Virus record (IMG/VR): IMGVR_UViG_3300045988_059906
From: a virus
Length of the DNA: 64,000 bases
Reading direction: 5' to 3' (one strand)
Part shown: positions 49,372 through 62,700 of the stretch, piece after piece
Layout of the letters: the number at the start of each line of letters is the position of its first letter
Position numbering within the stretch: position 1 is the stretch's first letter
The notes under the pieces: generated by a model
The model's input: the letters and a program-made list of their open reading frames with translations, nothing else
What the model was told of the DNA's origin: nothing
Databases searched by the model: none
Made by a program: the position numbers and the translations under genes

Positions 49372-51582
49372 ATGCAACTAAACTTCCTCCAGAACAGCAT
49401 AATTTATGTTATGAAAGAAAAAGAACTGATAGACAAGACGAACGAGGCTATTGCGGAGCTTGTATATGATAAGTACGAATTATAGAAAGCCTATAATTAC
49501 TATAACGGAAAGAGAGACCCAGAATAGTTTCGTTACCTGGAAGAAAACTTTGGAATAGGTAGTCCTACTTCTGTAGAATTTACACCATTACTAAAAAAGC
49601 ACGTAGATGCTCTAGTAGGGGAATATCTAGGAACCCCTATCCTTCCGAAGATTTCTTGTAAGGATTCAGATACCATTAGTAATATCACCAGAGAAAAATA
49701 GTTAGAAATAACTAAAGGAATAGTTAAATTTCTTAGAGACCATTTAAGTAATTCTATTCTGAAATTTATCGACGGAAAAGATATTACAGATAAAGCCGTG
49801 AAGACTTAGTTAGATAAAATTATTCAAGACATTGATTAGTCTTTTATTTCTCAATATGAGATAGCTGCATAGAATATTATTCATTATATCATGCAGTCTA
49901 GAGAAACCGATTTAATAACTAAACTCCGATAGTTACTTACAGATTTATTAATTACTGGCTATACATTTTTCAGAGTAAAATCATCATCTTCTGGAACTAA
50001 CATAGAAATAGAAGTTCTGAATCCTTTAAATACTTTCGTAGATAGGAATCCAGAATCTCCATATGTTAGAAATTCGTATAGAGTTGTGGTTAGAAAATGG
50101 ATGAGTAAAAGCTAGATATTAGCTAAATACGGAAAAGAAATCTCTAGAGAAGATTTGAAAAGACTAAAAGATGAATGGAGAGCTGATGATTCAGCTGCAG
50201 TTTATAGAAGAGTTTATGGTGACACTTGTACTATAGTAAATGAAGACTAGAATCATGAAACTATTCCTGGATACCCAGATAATGAATATAGTGCTCATAG
50301 ATTTTAGTTAATTCCTGTTTATGATGTAGAGTGGATAGAAACTGATGACGATTTTGTAATGTAGAGATACAATACCATTAGAATTGGAGAAGAAATATAT
50401 ATTCTGAGAGGTCTAGACAAGACTGTTATGAGGTCGAAAGATAATCCTAATTTCTGCTCTTTGTCTGTAAATGGAGTATATTTCTTAAATCGCTCTCAAC
50501 AACCGTACTCTCTGATATTAAAGTGTGCACATCTACAGGATAGATATGACTTGTTAAATTATTATAGGGATAACCTGATAGCTAACAGCGGTACTGCTGG
50601 AGTAATCATGGATATGTCATTGCTTCCTACTAACCTAGGCGTAAAATGGCCAGAAAGAGTGTAGAAATGGTTAGCATACAAGAAGGGTGGTATCATGTGG
50701 ATTGATTCTACTTAGGAAGGGAGAAATGACGGAGCGCAAGCACCTAACTAGATATACAATGGATTTGATGATACCTTAAAAGCTTAGGCTGTATAGGCTA
50801 TTGAATTAGCAATTCAATCAGTAGAACAAACTACATCATCTATAACTGGAGTATTTAGAGAAAGATTAAATGGAATAGAAACTCACGATGCTGTAACTAA
50901 TATTAAGCAAGGTGTTACTAACTCTTACATAGTAACCAAGCATTATTTCTAGTAGATGGACCTAATCACTTGTGAGATATTATTGGATAGTCTAAACTAG
51001 GCTAAAATAACATATAAGAAAGGATTAACTGGAACTATTATACTTGGGGATAAATATCAACAGATATTCACCGCACTTCCTGAGTATTTTACTGTTACTG
51101 ACTACGATATTCATATTACTGCTAGTTCAGAAGTGATGGAAGATCTATAGACTATAAAAGCAATCATTCCAGAGTTCGTAAAAAGTCAACAGATGGACCC
51201 AGATATTATTTTTGAGGCTCTTACATCTAAGAGTCTGACAGACCTTAAATATAAGGTTAAGAAAGCTGTTCAAGTTCGCAAAGAGGAAAATAATCAGCTT
51301 CAGCAACTACAAGAAAAATTAGAAGAAACTTCTCAATAGGCTCAGTAGTTATAGCAAGAATTATAGAAAGCTCAGCAAAAGATTGAAAGCTTAGATGAAT
51401 AGAGACTAGGATTAGAATAGTAGAAGATGCAGTTAGAATATAAAGTTAACTGGCTTAAAGCTCAGTCTGATTTTACATATAAAGATAGACAAATGGATAT
51501 AGAAGAAAAGAGAACTGAAATAGAGTTAGCTTAGCTTCATGATGGAAATCCATATAATGACAAAATAAGACAAATACATTAA
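49372..51582 (+). CDS. putative portal protein, with in-frame TAG
   Basis: Frame 1 is open from ATG (49372 or 49411) to TAA (51580), with many TAG. It lies directly downstream of TerL. Boundaries are approximate. Confidence 0.4.
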
Positions 51583-51583
51583 T

Positions 51584-52318
51584 ATGGCAACTGGAACAAT
51601 TGTATATAATAAGGATTAGCAATAGATTTATCCTATTTCAGATGGTTCAGTAATTATTAGTAATGCTTCTGGTTCCAAATCAAATGTGGAAGAAGATTTA
51701 AAGAAACTATTTAAATAGGTGTCAGATCTTTCTGGTTCTAGTGAAGCGGTAAATAATATTATTATTAAGATTCATTACTTACCTGCTGATACTGCTGAAG
51801 AATCTGAGATAAAATTATCTACTAAATAGTGGACTGATACTTTTGAACTTCCAACTGAAGAGAATCCATACATCTGGAAAAGAACTAAATTTACTTTCTA
51901 GGGAGCTGACGAATCTCAGGGAACTACTATTTATGAGATTGTGGCAAGCGATGTTTCTACTATTATCTAGAATATATACACTAGAACTGAGGGAATAACT
52001 CCAGTTATTGAGTATAAGCAGAAAACAGATGAGGATGGAAATCCTCTATATGTAGATTCAGAAGGACATGAAACAACGACTGTTACTCCAACTAAGGCAT
52101 ATGACTATAATTATTATTGGAATGGGAAACCAGCTGGTAAATTAAATAGTCTACCACCGACTCCTGAAGGTTAGTCATATACATGGACAGACTATCCTCA
52201 AGATATTAGTTTATCATTTAGTTCAGTTTTTATGTCTAGACGTATACGACAAGAAGGTAAGTGGAAACCATTTTCTACTCCTGCTCAATATGGTCAATGG
52301 CCTACTACTGAGTCTTAA
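51584..52318 (+). CDS. structural protein, with in-frame TAG
   Basis: Frame 2 from ATG (51584) to TAA (52316), with several TAG. Confidence 0.35.
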
Positions 52319-52511
52319 TTATTATAATATGGAATTTAGTATTGATATACATACCCAGATTAACGGGGAAATAACTATTGAAGACTTTTCAAAGGAATAT
52401 GGATAGTATATTGATGAAGATTTAGAGGTAGTAACTTCCTATGATTCTTATAAGTATAGTGAAAGTGCTACCCTAAATACTATCATAAAAGTTAGTATAG
52501 GAGATGCTACT

Positions 52512-53057
52512 TTGATAGACGTACTTCTCAATGACCATACAGAGGATTTAGACTCTTGTACATTTAAGGTGAAAGAAGATGGATATTATGTAGTAGACCA
52601 CATAATTCTTCCTAATATGAAATGGTATGAAAATTCATCTGATGAATACAAGGAGTATTATGAAACTATCTATATAACTGATGGAGAGAAACTATATAAA
52701 GAAGTAGATGGAGAGCTAGAGGAATGTACTGTAAAAGAAATCCTTGAGAGAAATATAGAAGGAACTACTATCAAAAAATGTAAGGTAGATGTATTCTTTA
52801 CAGGAAATCTGCAATAGTGTTATATTAACTACTGTAAGAAACTCTTTGACTCTTTATTAAATAAGTGTCTAACTAGAGAACATGATGCAGATATATTTGC
52901 AAGAGATTTTATCTGGATGACACTTAATATTATAGATTATTTAATAGGCTTTAAACAATTCATGGAAGCTGAAAGATTGTTAGCAATGTTCCGCACTTGC
53001 GGTGGATTCTGTGACAATCACCATGAACATAAACGTATAGGTTGTGGATGCTCTTAA
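52512..53057 (+). CDS. zinc-binding protein, 1 in-frame TAG
   Basis: ORF 52512..52817 continues through a TAG to TAA at 53055. C-terminal CGGFCDNHHEHKRIGCGC. Confidence 0.35.
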
Positions 53058-53212
53058 AAGAAAGGCTATTAAAAGGTATGAGGATTTCCTTAAAAGGGTT
53101 AGAAAGGGATATAGACCAGATTATTAGGATATTTTGAATCTAATTTGTTTTATTAACCTACCCATAAAATTAGATAATCACGAATTTATTAAATAGCAAT
53201 TATTGAATCATA

Positions 53213-54802
53213 ATGATACAGCCTATTTACACTTCGGTAAGCAATGCTGATATAAAGCCTTGTGGAAAGAAAGGACATTTAATAAAAAGTGAACCTATAC
53301 CTCTCCTAAGAAACAACTATCTTGGAGAATATAGAACTGAATTAGAAAGAGCTAAGGTTAGAAAGAATCTAGGTATTGCTGATGAGTAGAGTCTTCTTTG
53401 GGGAAATATAGAAGGAACTATAGAAGCCTAGAAAGATTTAGTATAGTACATAGAATAGAAATGGACTTATACTAGTGATGTTGCAGAGAATATCAATACT
53501 GTAAAAGATGCCTTAGATTATGCTTTATTCTTTATAAGTTAGTACGAAGCTAATACAGAAGAAATAGAGGAAATAAAAGTTGATATAAGTAATATCAGAA
53601 CTTCTATTACTGTACTTAAGGAAGAACTTGAAGAAGAAATTGAATCTAACAGAACTGGCATAAACAATCTTTCTGAGAAAATAACCTAGATTAATGAGGC
53701 AATAGAGGATATTAATGAGTCTATCAAAAATATAGATGTTGACAAAAACATCTAGAATTGGATAACTAATAGTCTAAGAAACTCCAAAACCATAGAAATA
53801 AAGGATGATAATACTCTAGAAGTAATTCTATCTTAGTAGGAGGATAATGCAATACATCTGATTCAGTAGGAAATTCCTCCAGTAGAGGAGGAAGGAGAAC
53901 CTTCCACAGTAGTTCTACCTGGAATATATGTAAAAGACCTGGAACCATCTCTAACAGAGGTAAAGGAAGAAGTTAAGGGAGTATAGGAAGCTTAGAAGAA
54001 CACTGATTCTAAAGTAGATTCTAATACTGAGAATATCACAAATATATAGACAAGTTTAGAAACTATAGCTACTTATCAAACTGAACTTCCAGATGATACT
54101 ACTTCTACTGTTATTCAAGGAACTACAGTTGAAAAATTGAAAGGAAAGCCGTTTAATGAGATTATAGACACTCTATTATTTCCTACTGTTGTTAGAGATT
54201 TGGTTTATCCTTAGTTGTATTATAGCTTCACCTCTTAGATTGTGGAGGTAGGATCCGCTTTACTTACCCCTACTTTAACATTTATAAAAAATGATGCTGG
54301 AGAGGAAACTGGTAGAGAAGAAACTATTACCTATAATGATTCTCCTGTAGAATCTGAAACATATGATTCTATCGGTGTTTATGTGCATTCTGGTACCGTA
54401 AATTATGCTGCTGGAGAATATCTTATTAACAACAAGGGAGAGGTTACAGACAAGAGGGTGGAGGCTGGTTCAATATCAACTACAGCATAGGTGACTGCTA
54501 CCTACCCTTGGTATTCTGGTAATACAGATAGTTTAATCAAATAGAGTCTTGTTCCATTTGGACAATCTTCTGGAATTATTACATTTTCATTAAGTGGAAA
54601 GGCTATTATAAAATTACCTGGAAGTAATACTTAGCTAAATTCATTTACAGTAGATGGAGGACTAGGATACCTAAATGTTGATTTAAGTGGCTGGGAAACT
54701 TCTACTGAATAGATAAATGGATTTCCTTATAAAGTATGGACTAAGAAGGATACTTATTCTTCAGCATTGCCTCATCAAATTAACTTTACTTTATCACAAT
54801 AA
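53213..54802 (+). CDS. tail/structural protein, with in-frame TAG
   Basis: Frame 2 from ATG (53213) to TAA (54800, overlapping the next ATG as TAATG), with many TAG. Contains coiled-coil EEIEEIKVD... Confidence 0.4.
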
Positions 54803-57800
54803 TGGCATTTAAATATACAGGTGATGCTACATTAGGCGTTGCTTTAACCGTAGAAACTCCTAAACCTCTTGATAATAGAACAGTAGTCGATAATTTAGAC
54901 GAATTATATTCTATTCCGGAGAAATATGCTTATCAAGGCATGACCGTTTCAAATATAGATAACGGAAATATTTATATGCTAGTAGATAAGTCTAAGATTA
55001 AATACAAAGAAGGTTGGAAAGCTTCTTATGAATCTATTTAGATAATCACCTGTACAGAGGCTGAATATAAGGAATGGTCTGAAAATACCACAGAAGATTT
55101 TAAACCTATAGACGAAAATAAAACATATCTTCATGCAGAAACATATTATTATATATATGAAGACAGCCTAGATGATGATTAGTTTTATTTATCAGCAGAA
55201 TGGGGTAAAAAGATAGAGGAATAGTTGAAATAGAAAGCTCTAAATACTACTGTCGTACAGATTAGAACGGATTTAGACTAGACAATCTCTAACCTTTCCA
55301 AGTATGCTACTCTTGAAGAGTTAACTGAGAATTATGCCCCTAAAACTGATCTAGATTTAGAGGACCCAGAATCCTTGTTATCTAAAGCCTTATCTAACCA
55401 TTATACTAAGGAAGAAACTGATGACATATTTGTTACCAAAGAAAGTCTTAGAGGAGAAGGAATGGAAGGAGATGATTTTGTCTTTGTTACAAAGAAATAG
55501 TATGACGAAGACCAATAGGCTATTCAAGATGAGCTAGATAAGACTTTAAAGGTAGATGGAGATGGTTCCCTAGAAAGTATTACTGTAGGATAGATAAAGT
55601 CTCCAGTAGTAGAAGGGAAGGATTAGCTAGTAGTAGATGTTAAATCTGATGGATTGTTTGTTGGAGAAGACCAATTCGCCATGATGTCAGATGTTCCTAA
55701 TCTGGTTACATTAACTGAAGAGGAATATTTAAAACTGGTAGAAGATGAGGCTATAGAACCTGACACATATTACTATGTGTATGATGTAACAAATGATGCT
55801 AAAGTCTATATTACTAAGGAGTACTTAGATCAAAATTACCATACTACACATCAGTATTAGTCCTGGGTTGCTACTAATTATTACTCAAAGACATAGATTG
55901 ATGAAATTGTTTCTGGTTTATAGAAACTAGGAAGCTACGTTACTACAGAAGATATTAAAGCATACTACACTAGCTCGTAGGTAGATGAAAAGTTTCTTAC
56001 AAAAGAAAATGCTCAATCTACATACGCCACTCAATAGTCATTAACCGACCTTTCCGATTAGATAGCAGAGGAGTATGTGACAAAAGAAAGTTTAAGAGGA
56101 GATTCTCCCGAAACTGGTGATGACGATTTTATATTTGTTACCTAGAAGAAATATTAGGAAGATTAGGATGCCGCTTCTAAGGAATTTAGCACAGAGCTTC
56201 TAAAATCAACCTCTATAGAAACTTCTGATATTACTATTTAGAAAATTGTCGAAAAAGAAGTACAATAGGGAACAACTGGAGAAAGTTCAGAAGATGAAAC
56301 AACTGAACAGACTATTGAAAGTTCTGTTAAACTTACTACAGAAGACAATAGATTATTAGCATCTGGAAAGCAAGTTGCTCTTACAGAAGAGGTTCCTAAA
56401 TTGGTATGTCTTCCACAAACAGATTATGATGACTTAGTTGAAAATAATAAGACAGAGAACGATACGTACTATTGTACTTATGGAGAAAAAGATATATAGG
56501 ATACAGGATATGTCAGAAGTGAATATCTGACAGAACGCTACTATACAAAAGCTGAGGTGGAAGAATTAATAAAGGCTGCTGTAGACGAATTGTAGAAGAA
56601 AATAGATGCAATATAGCCTGGTTCTGGTAACGTACAGGTAGATGGAGAAAATGAACAATTAATATTTTAAATAGTATGGGAACAATTTGGGTTGAAGGGT
56701 AGTTTAAGAACTCAGCAAAACCAGTAAAAGTTGTTGGAGGAAATATAGGAGGATCTGGAATAGACCCAGATACATTAAAGAACTACGCTACCAAGGCTGA
56801 ACTGTAGAAAGCTGTTGAAGACTTAACTGCCTCCATAGAAGGAATAGATCATAATGTAGAAGAAGAAACTTTAATAATACAATAATATGGCAGCTATCAA
56901 ATCTATAAAGGTTGGAGAAACCGTATATGACTTAAAGGCTACCTATGATGGCTCTGGAAATGTTATAGATTAGACATATGCAAAATCTAGTGCCATTCCA
57001 ACTAAAGTGTCTTAGTTATAGAATGATGAAAATTATTTAAAGGAACACTAGGATATAAGTGGTTTAGCTACTAAAACGGAGTTGGAAAGTAAGGTAGATA
57101 AAGAATTAGGAAAAGGACTTTCTGAAGCTAATTACACAGAAACTGAAAAACAGAAACTTAGTGGTATTGCAGATAATGCAAATAATTATGTACACCCAAC
57201 TACTTCTGGAAATAAACACATACCTGCTGGAGGAGCACTTGGATAGATTTTAACCTTTTCTGAAGATGGGACTGCATAGTGGGCAGATACTAGTACTAAG
57301 TTAGAGGAACAATTTAATGCTCTTAATACTGCTTGGGAAGAATTACAAAAAGAACAATAGAGTCTAAGCAAACAAGTCACAGAGTTAAGCAGTAACGTAG
57401 ACTTATACTCTTATGGAGTAGAATGGGATATTACCGTATCTTCTCCTATCCTTACTAGAATAGGAAACCCACTATTACATAAATCCCTCCCTATTTAGTC
57501 CGCTTACAGAGGATGTGTAGCAAATAACGGTGTGGTAAATTACTATTTATATCCGGACGATTGGGCTTACAAAGAAGATGGAAGTACTCCTTCTGTGCTC
57601 GATGGAACTGATGGAACTGTAAGAGTCCACACTCCTAAATTTTATGGTAAATCAGGCTCTAATGGAAATAAAAGATGGGTTAGAATTTCTCTAGTAAAGC
57701 TTGATGATTCATGGGTAGAAATACCAGAACTATTAATTGACGCATATAGAAATACCGTTGATAATACTGTGTCAGCAACCCCTAAAGCTGTGTCTGTGGT

Positions 57801-58707
57801 CAATACTACAGAAGCATTTAGAGGTGGTGGAAATAGAGCACAATTCGATGAGTATCTAACTACTGAACTTGATACCAAAGATGCTTTTAGAAGCGATTTA
57901 GGAAAACCTAGAACTAATGTTTCTAGAGCTAATATGAGAACTTATGCTACAAATGCAGGTTCTGAATTATTATGCTATGAATATTATAAATGGATATTCT
58001 ACTGGAACTATGTAATAGAATATGCTAACTTTAACTCCCAGGCTGCCTATAATGCCGAACTTACTTCTGATGGTTATCGTCAAGGAGGACTTGGTCCTGG
58101 AGTTACAGACTGGAGTAACTCTGCTACAAGTTGGTCTGGATATAATGGAACTTATCCTATTACTCCATGTGGTTATTGTAATGATATTGGTAACTTCACT
58201 GGAATCAAAGATTTAGTTATTCCAGAGTGTACTGCAACAAACGAAACAGATACAGTAGCGACTAAGACATTTAAAGTTCCAAGATGGAGAGGTTTTGATA
58301 ATCCATTTGGAGATATTTGGACAAACCTAGATGGAGTAGTTATTCAAAGAACTGCGGCAAATGAAATCAGTAGTGTGTATACTACCACAAACAAGGAAGA
58401 GTTTACTGACGTAATTGGCAGCAAGACCATAGCAGGATACGAGGTAGCGCAAGATGGATACATTAAAGAGTTTGACTTAGGAGAGACAGCAGAGATTATA
58501 CCATCTTCTTGTACTGGAGCCTCAGCTACAACTTATATATGTGACTACCACTCTTGCAATGCTACCTCTACAGAGCTTCGCACGCTGCTGGTGGGCGGCA
58601 GCGCGGGTTATGGCGGCCATGCGGGTCTCGGCTCTTTCCTTTCTGGCAATGGCGTCGGCAGTGCCACTTCCCATGTCGGGTTTAGGACTCTAAATAGAGT
58701 ATCTTAA
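54802..58707 (+). CDS. DGR target 1: large tail fiber/receptor-binding protein with C-terminal variable region, with in-frame TAG
   Basis: Frame 1 from ATG (54802) through ORF 57532..58707 to a stop after VR1. Many in-frame TAG. The C-terminus ...LLVGGSAGYGGHAGLGSFLSGNGVGSATSHVGFR is encoded by a GC-rich patch. Confidence 0.45.
58585..58683 (+). repeat. DGR variable repeat VR1
   Basis: 99 nt at the 3' end of the target gene. It aligns gap-free with the template repeat, and all of roughly 24 mismatches fall on template adenines. Confidence 0.8.
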
Positions 58708-58724
58708 GATAAAATATAGAAAAT

Positions 58725-58742
58725 CGATTTAGATATAAATCG
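58725..58742 (+). other. hairpin downstream of VR1 (candidate DGR homing-enhancing stem-loop)
   Basis: cgattta-gata-taaatcg is a perfect 7-bp stem about 40 nt after VR1. Confidence 0.35.
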
Positions 58743-58783
58743 TAGGATATTACTTCTAAAAACCGTTGATTGGCAAAAAAGAA

Positions 58784-58882
58784 CTGCTAGTAGGCAGCAA
58801 CGCGAATAATGGCAGCAATGCAGGTCTCAGCTATTTCAATTCTAACAATGACGTCAGCAATGCCAATTCCAATGTCGAGTTA
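58784..58882 (+). repeat. DGR template repeat (TR)
   Basis: AT-rich cognate of VR1 and VR2: ctgctagtaggcagcaacgcgaataatggcagc... It lies between the target gene and the reverse transcriptase. Confidence 0.8.
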
Positions 58883-59020
58883 TTATATATTTAGAACAAT
58901 TTATTTTATTTTTTTAGTTTGCTAAGTAATATCCTTGCCTCTAGGCAAAAGACAACGTAGTGTTAAATGAAGGGTGTTAGTAGGTTAAATCTCGAAAGCT
59001 TCCGATGAAATATATAAAAA

Positions 59021-60295
59021 TTGAAACGTGTAGGATATTTGCACGAACGAGTGTATGATTTGAAAAACATCGAATTAGCTGATGATAAGGCTAGAAGAAA
59101 TAAATCAATTCGATGTGGTATTAAGTAGCATGATAAGAATAGATTAGAAGAAAATAAGGAATTATCAGACAAATTAAAATAGCTAATCTATTAGACTTCT
59201 GAATATAGTACATTTATAATATATGAGCCTAAAGAAAGATTAATCTTTAGACTTCCATATTACCCTGATAGAATCACTCATCATGCTATAATGAATATTA
59301 TGGAACCTATCTGGACCAGTATTTTTATAGATTAGACATATTCCTCTATAAGAAACAGAGGGATTCATAAGGTAGAGTATGATTTATTCAAGGTATTGTA
59401 GAAATACTCAGATGAAACTAAATACTGCCTAAAAATGGATATAAGAAAATTTTATCCATCTATAACACATGACATCCTGTATGAGATGTTGTAGAAGAAA
59501 ATAAAGGATAAGAAACTGTTAAGTCTATTGAAGGAAATAATATATTCAGCCAAAGGAGTTCCTATTGGAAACTATCTATCATAGTTCTTTGCAAATTTAT
59601 ATCTGACATATTTTGACCACTGGATAAAAGAGGAGTTAAAATGTAAGTACTACTTTCGATATGCTGACGATATTGTGATTCTTGGTAATGACAAGAATTA
59701 TTTGAGAAATGTATTAGTATCTATAAAACTGTATTTGAAACAAGTTCTTAATTTAGAATTAAAACCTAACTACTAGATATTTCCAGTAGAAAGTAGAGGA
59801 GTAGATTTTGTAGGTTACAAATTTTATCACACTCACGTTCTATTAAGAAAATCTATAAAAATGAGAATGTTTAGGCTTATAAATCTATATAAGCAAAATA
59901 AGATTGATAAAGAAGAATTGGAAAGAAGAATGAGATCTTATTTCGGCTGGATGAAATTCTGTGATTCTAAGAATTTGTTGAAAAAGATAGAAACTTTGAC
60001 TGGTTTGAAGTTCTCAAATTGGAATGGAAAGGAAGTCAATATATCTAAGTTTTATAATAAGTATATTCATATCATAGAGGTGGTTGATTATCATAGCCAT
60101 TTCAGAGTGCACTTTATGTATAACAACAAACCCTATTATTTTAAAAGCAAGAATAAGAAATTACATTATTCTTTGCTTAGATACAAATTTCCTATAAATT
60201 TTAAAGTAACACCTTATGTTAGAACCGAATAGAATACAAATGAACGTTTGTCCTTAGGTAATTCAAAAACTTGGGAACGGTACTTATTATTATAA
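59021..60295 (+). CDS. DGR reverse transcriptase, with in-frame TAG
   Basis: Frame 2 opens after TAA at 59015 and probably starts at TTG (59021) or GTG (59051). Motifs KMDIRKFYPSI, GVPIGNYLS[TAG]FFANLYL (SQ/QxxANxYL) and YFRYADDIVIL (YADD) are present. The true stop is probably TAA at 60293. Confidence 0.7.
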
Positions 60296-60605
60296 TTACG
60301 ATATAAGAGAAGTTGAGGCTGAAGTTGAAATACTAGATGAGAAAGACAGTACTAAATTTGAAACTTAGTACAATTTCATCTAGGTTTTACTTAATGGGCA
60401 ACCTAATTATAAGGATTGCGTAAGAGCTATTATTAGAAGTTTTATAACCATAGATGAAGAATTTGATTTAATCAACTCGTATAATAGTTATACAAAAAAC
60501 CTTAGCACAGATTCTTCTATCATAACAGATTATCAAGAATATCTTACTAAATTAATGGATATTAAAAACAAAGTCAAAAAAGATTTTGGACTTGTGAATA
60601 AATAA
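60240..60605 (+). CDS. hypothetical protein, 3 in-frame TAG
   Basis: Frame 0 from ATG (60240) to TAA (60603). It overlaps the 3' end of the RT gene. Confidence 0.3.
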
Positions 60606-60652
60606 TTTAAAATTGTTAAGTATTGTACTTTACAATATTAAAAATCTAATAA

Positions 60653-62407
60653 ATGGAAAATTACAAAAATTTAAATTTCTCCGCTGAACAAATAAACCAA
60701 AAGCTAGCTTGGGTTGGAGATAAGTCTAAGTTAGCAACTACATTATAGGAGACCCCTGTAAACTAGTTTATGTTTACTAAAGACTAGAAAACTTTAAAAA
60801 CTATCATAGACGCAAATAACTAGATAATTACCGTAGAGACTAATGATATGATAACAGAACCTGGGTCTAAATTAGAGTCGTGGAATGTATATGTGGACCA
60901 TTTACTCTGCATAAACTCTATAGCTTGCGAAGGAACAATGTGTTCTCATAATTATGTTGAGTTAGGTAATGGCTCTAAAAAGGATATCAATTTAAATGGT
61001 TTATACTTATTATACACAGATTGTTCTAAGGGATTAGAATCTGACATTGGGTATGTTTGGCAATATCTCCCATTGACTGGAGTTATCAAGGCAGGGTCTA
61101 CTTTTGTTATTAGAGGGAGACAAACTAATACAATTAAAGGTAGTATGATAAAAGTAGACTCTTATGATATGGAGTGGGATATAGAATTTAAATAGAATAA
61201 AGCTGCCTTCTATTTATGTGCTGGAGATTCTTTTAAACCCTTATTAGAATCTAATAGCCTTGGAAATCCTTGGGAAGCTAATTTAATTGGGTATATTGAT
61301 TCTTGCGGATTTGGAGCAGAAGCACCAGCAGAGGGGAATTCTCCTTTGTTGGTTAATGATAATTGGAATGATATTATCTTTGTTAGATGGTTTATGTTTG
61401 AAACGGCTAAACAAGGTACTAAAGCTTTTGCTAAAAGAAAAACTAAAGATTTATGGACTTATATAGATTTAACTAAGAATACTACTAAAGCAGGAAATAG
61501 TATATAGTATTATTATAGTGACAATATAAAGTTAAAATATACTCCTAAAGCTTCGTATCTAGGTAAAGATTTCTTTACTATATCTACATTATTTAGATAG
61601 GATATTCCTAATTATGTAAATTTAACTTTTGGAAGATAGGCAACCGACTCTGGAAGTGGTGCAACTAGATGCTTCAACTGGATTTCTGTTGGATATTATG
61701 ATGAATATGTGGAGATAAGAAAATAGGGAGAAGAGTGGTCAAAACATTATTCTATAATTGAAAAAGATAGTAGTAATACTGCTAACATTAATAAGTTTAT
61801 AAATTATTATAAAAGATATAAATGGATTGCTCCAGATGGGACTTTTGTTACTACTCATAAATGTATTATAGATAAATTAACAGCTGGAACTTATGAATAT
61901 CGAATTAGAAGAGATAATTTGTCAGGAGAAATTACTACAGATATGTCTAGAAAACCTGTTATTTAGGTGCTACGACAAGATTAGGTATAGGTAAATAATT
62001 TTGCTAGATACGAAGTTGTAGAAAATATTACAGCCCCAACCTATGTAACTTGCTAGGCAACTGGATATAAATTAATCTCTAATAAAGAATAGCCATCTGG
62101 GGATGCTTATAGAATACCTTGGTTGCTGGCTTACTTTCCCGCAGCTACTAGTTCTTCAAATCCTAAAGAAAATACTGCATAGCATAAGCCTATGTACATT
62201 AAATATGATGTGTCCGATACTAACATAAAAATAACCGCAGTCTAGATAAACGGAATTTGGGAAGTAGACTCAAGCTCAACAAAATATGATTTTAATAATT
62301 AGATAGAAAACCTTACTATTGATAAAATGACTTTGAGCACTTCCACAGAGGAAGATTTAGCTATATATAGTCCAGACAATCAAAATTTTTATACCCTTAA
62401 ATTATAG
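60653..62407 (+). CDS. structural protein, with in-frame TAG
   Basis: Frame 2 from ATG (60653) to TAA (about 62405), with many TAG. Includes ORF 60848..61195. Confidence 0.35.
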
Positions 62408-62413
62408 TAAAAA

Positions 62414-62692
62414 TGATTTTTCGTAATGGGAAGTTAGTTACTCAAGTCTTTAAGACTATATTAAAAGGTAGAGATCTTAGGATATATGATTCAAATGGAT
62501 TTATTTTAAGAGATATAAATCAAACAGTTCTTAATTTTAAAAAAGAAACTGACAAAAAAATAGGAGCCATATATAAAGGGTCGTAGTTAGTCTGGCTTAC
62601 CGTATATGACGCTGTTAGAAGCTGTTTTGGTAGCGGAACTTGGCTACAAGATAGACCTTGGTTAAAAGATGATTCATGGAAAAATAATTGAT
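62414..62692 (+). CDS. small protein, 1 in-frame TAG
   Basis: From ATG to TGA with one TAG. Confidence 0.25.
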
Positions 62693-62700
62693 TTGTAAAA

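Noticed and set aside
49008-49469. Frame-0 plus-strand ORF (153 aa) between TerL and portal
   Set aside because: It overlaps the 3' end of TerL by about 200 nt and the start of the portal. It may be a small overlapping gene starting at an internal Met (about 49127), but I could not support it, so it is not listed as a feature.
53375-53420. ctgatgag within gene 53213-54802 as a possible plus-strand hammerhead
   Set aside because: No GAAA or stem III and no stem I pairing. It is a chance occurrence inside a coding sequence.
57642-57878. Minus-strand 78-aa ORF
   Set aside because: It is internal and antisense to the DGR target gene.
60230-60232. TAG as the stop codon of the RT gene (ORF-track end 60232)
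   Set aside because: In a TAG=Q context the frame continues 21 codons to TAA at 60293. This overlap with the next gene is acceptable, so the TAA stop is preferred.
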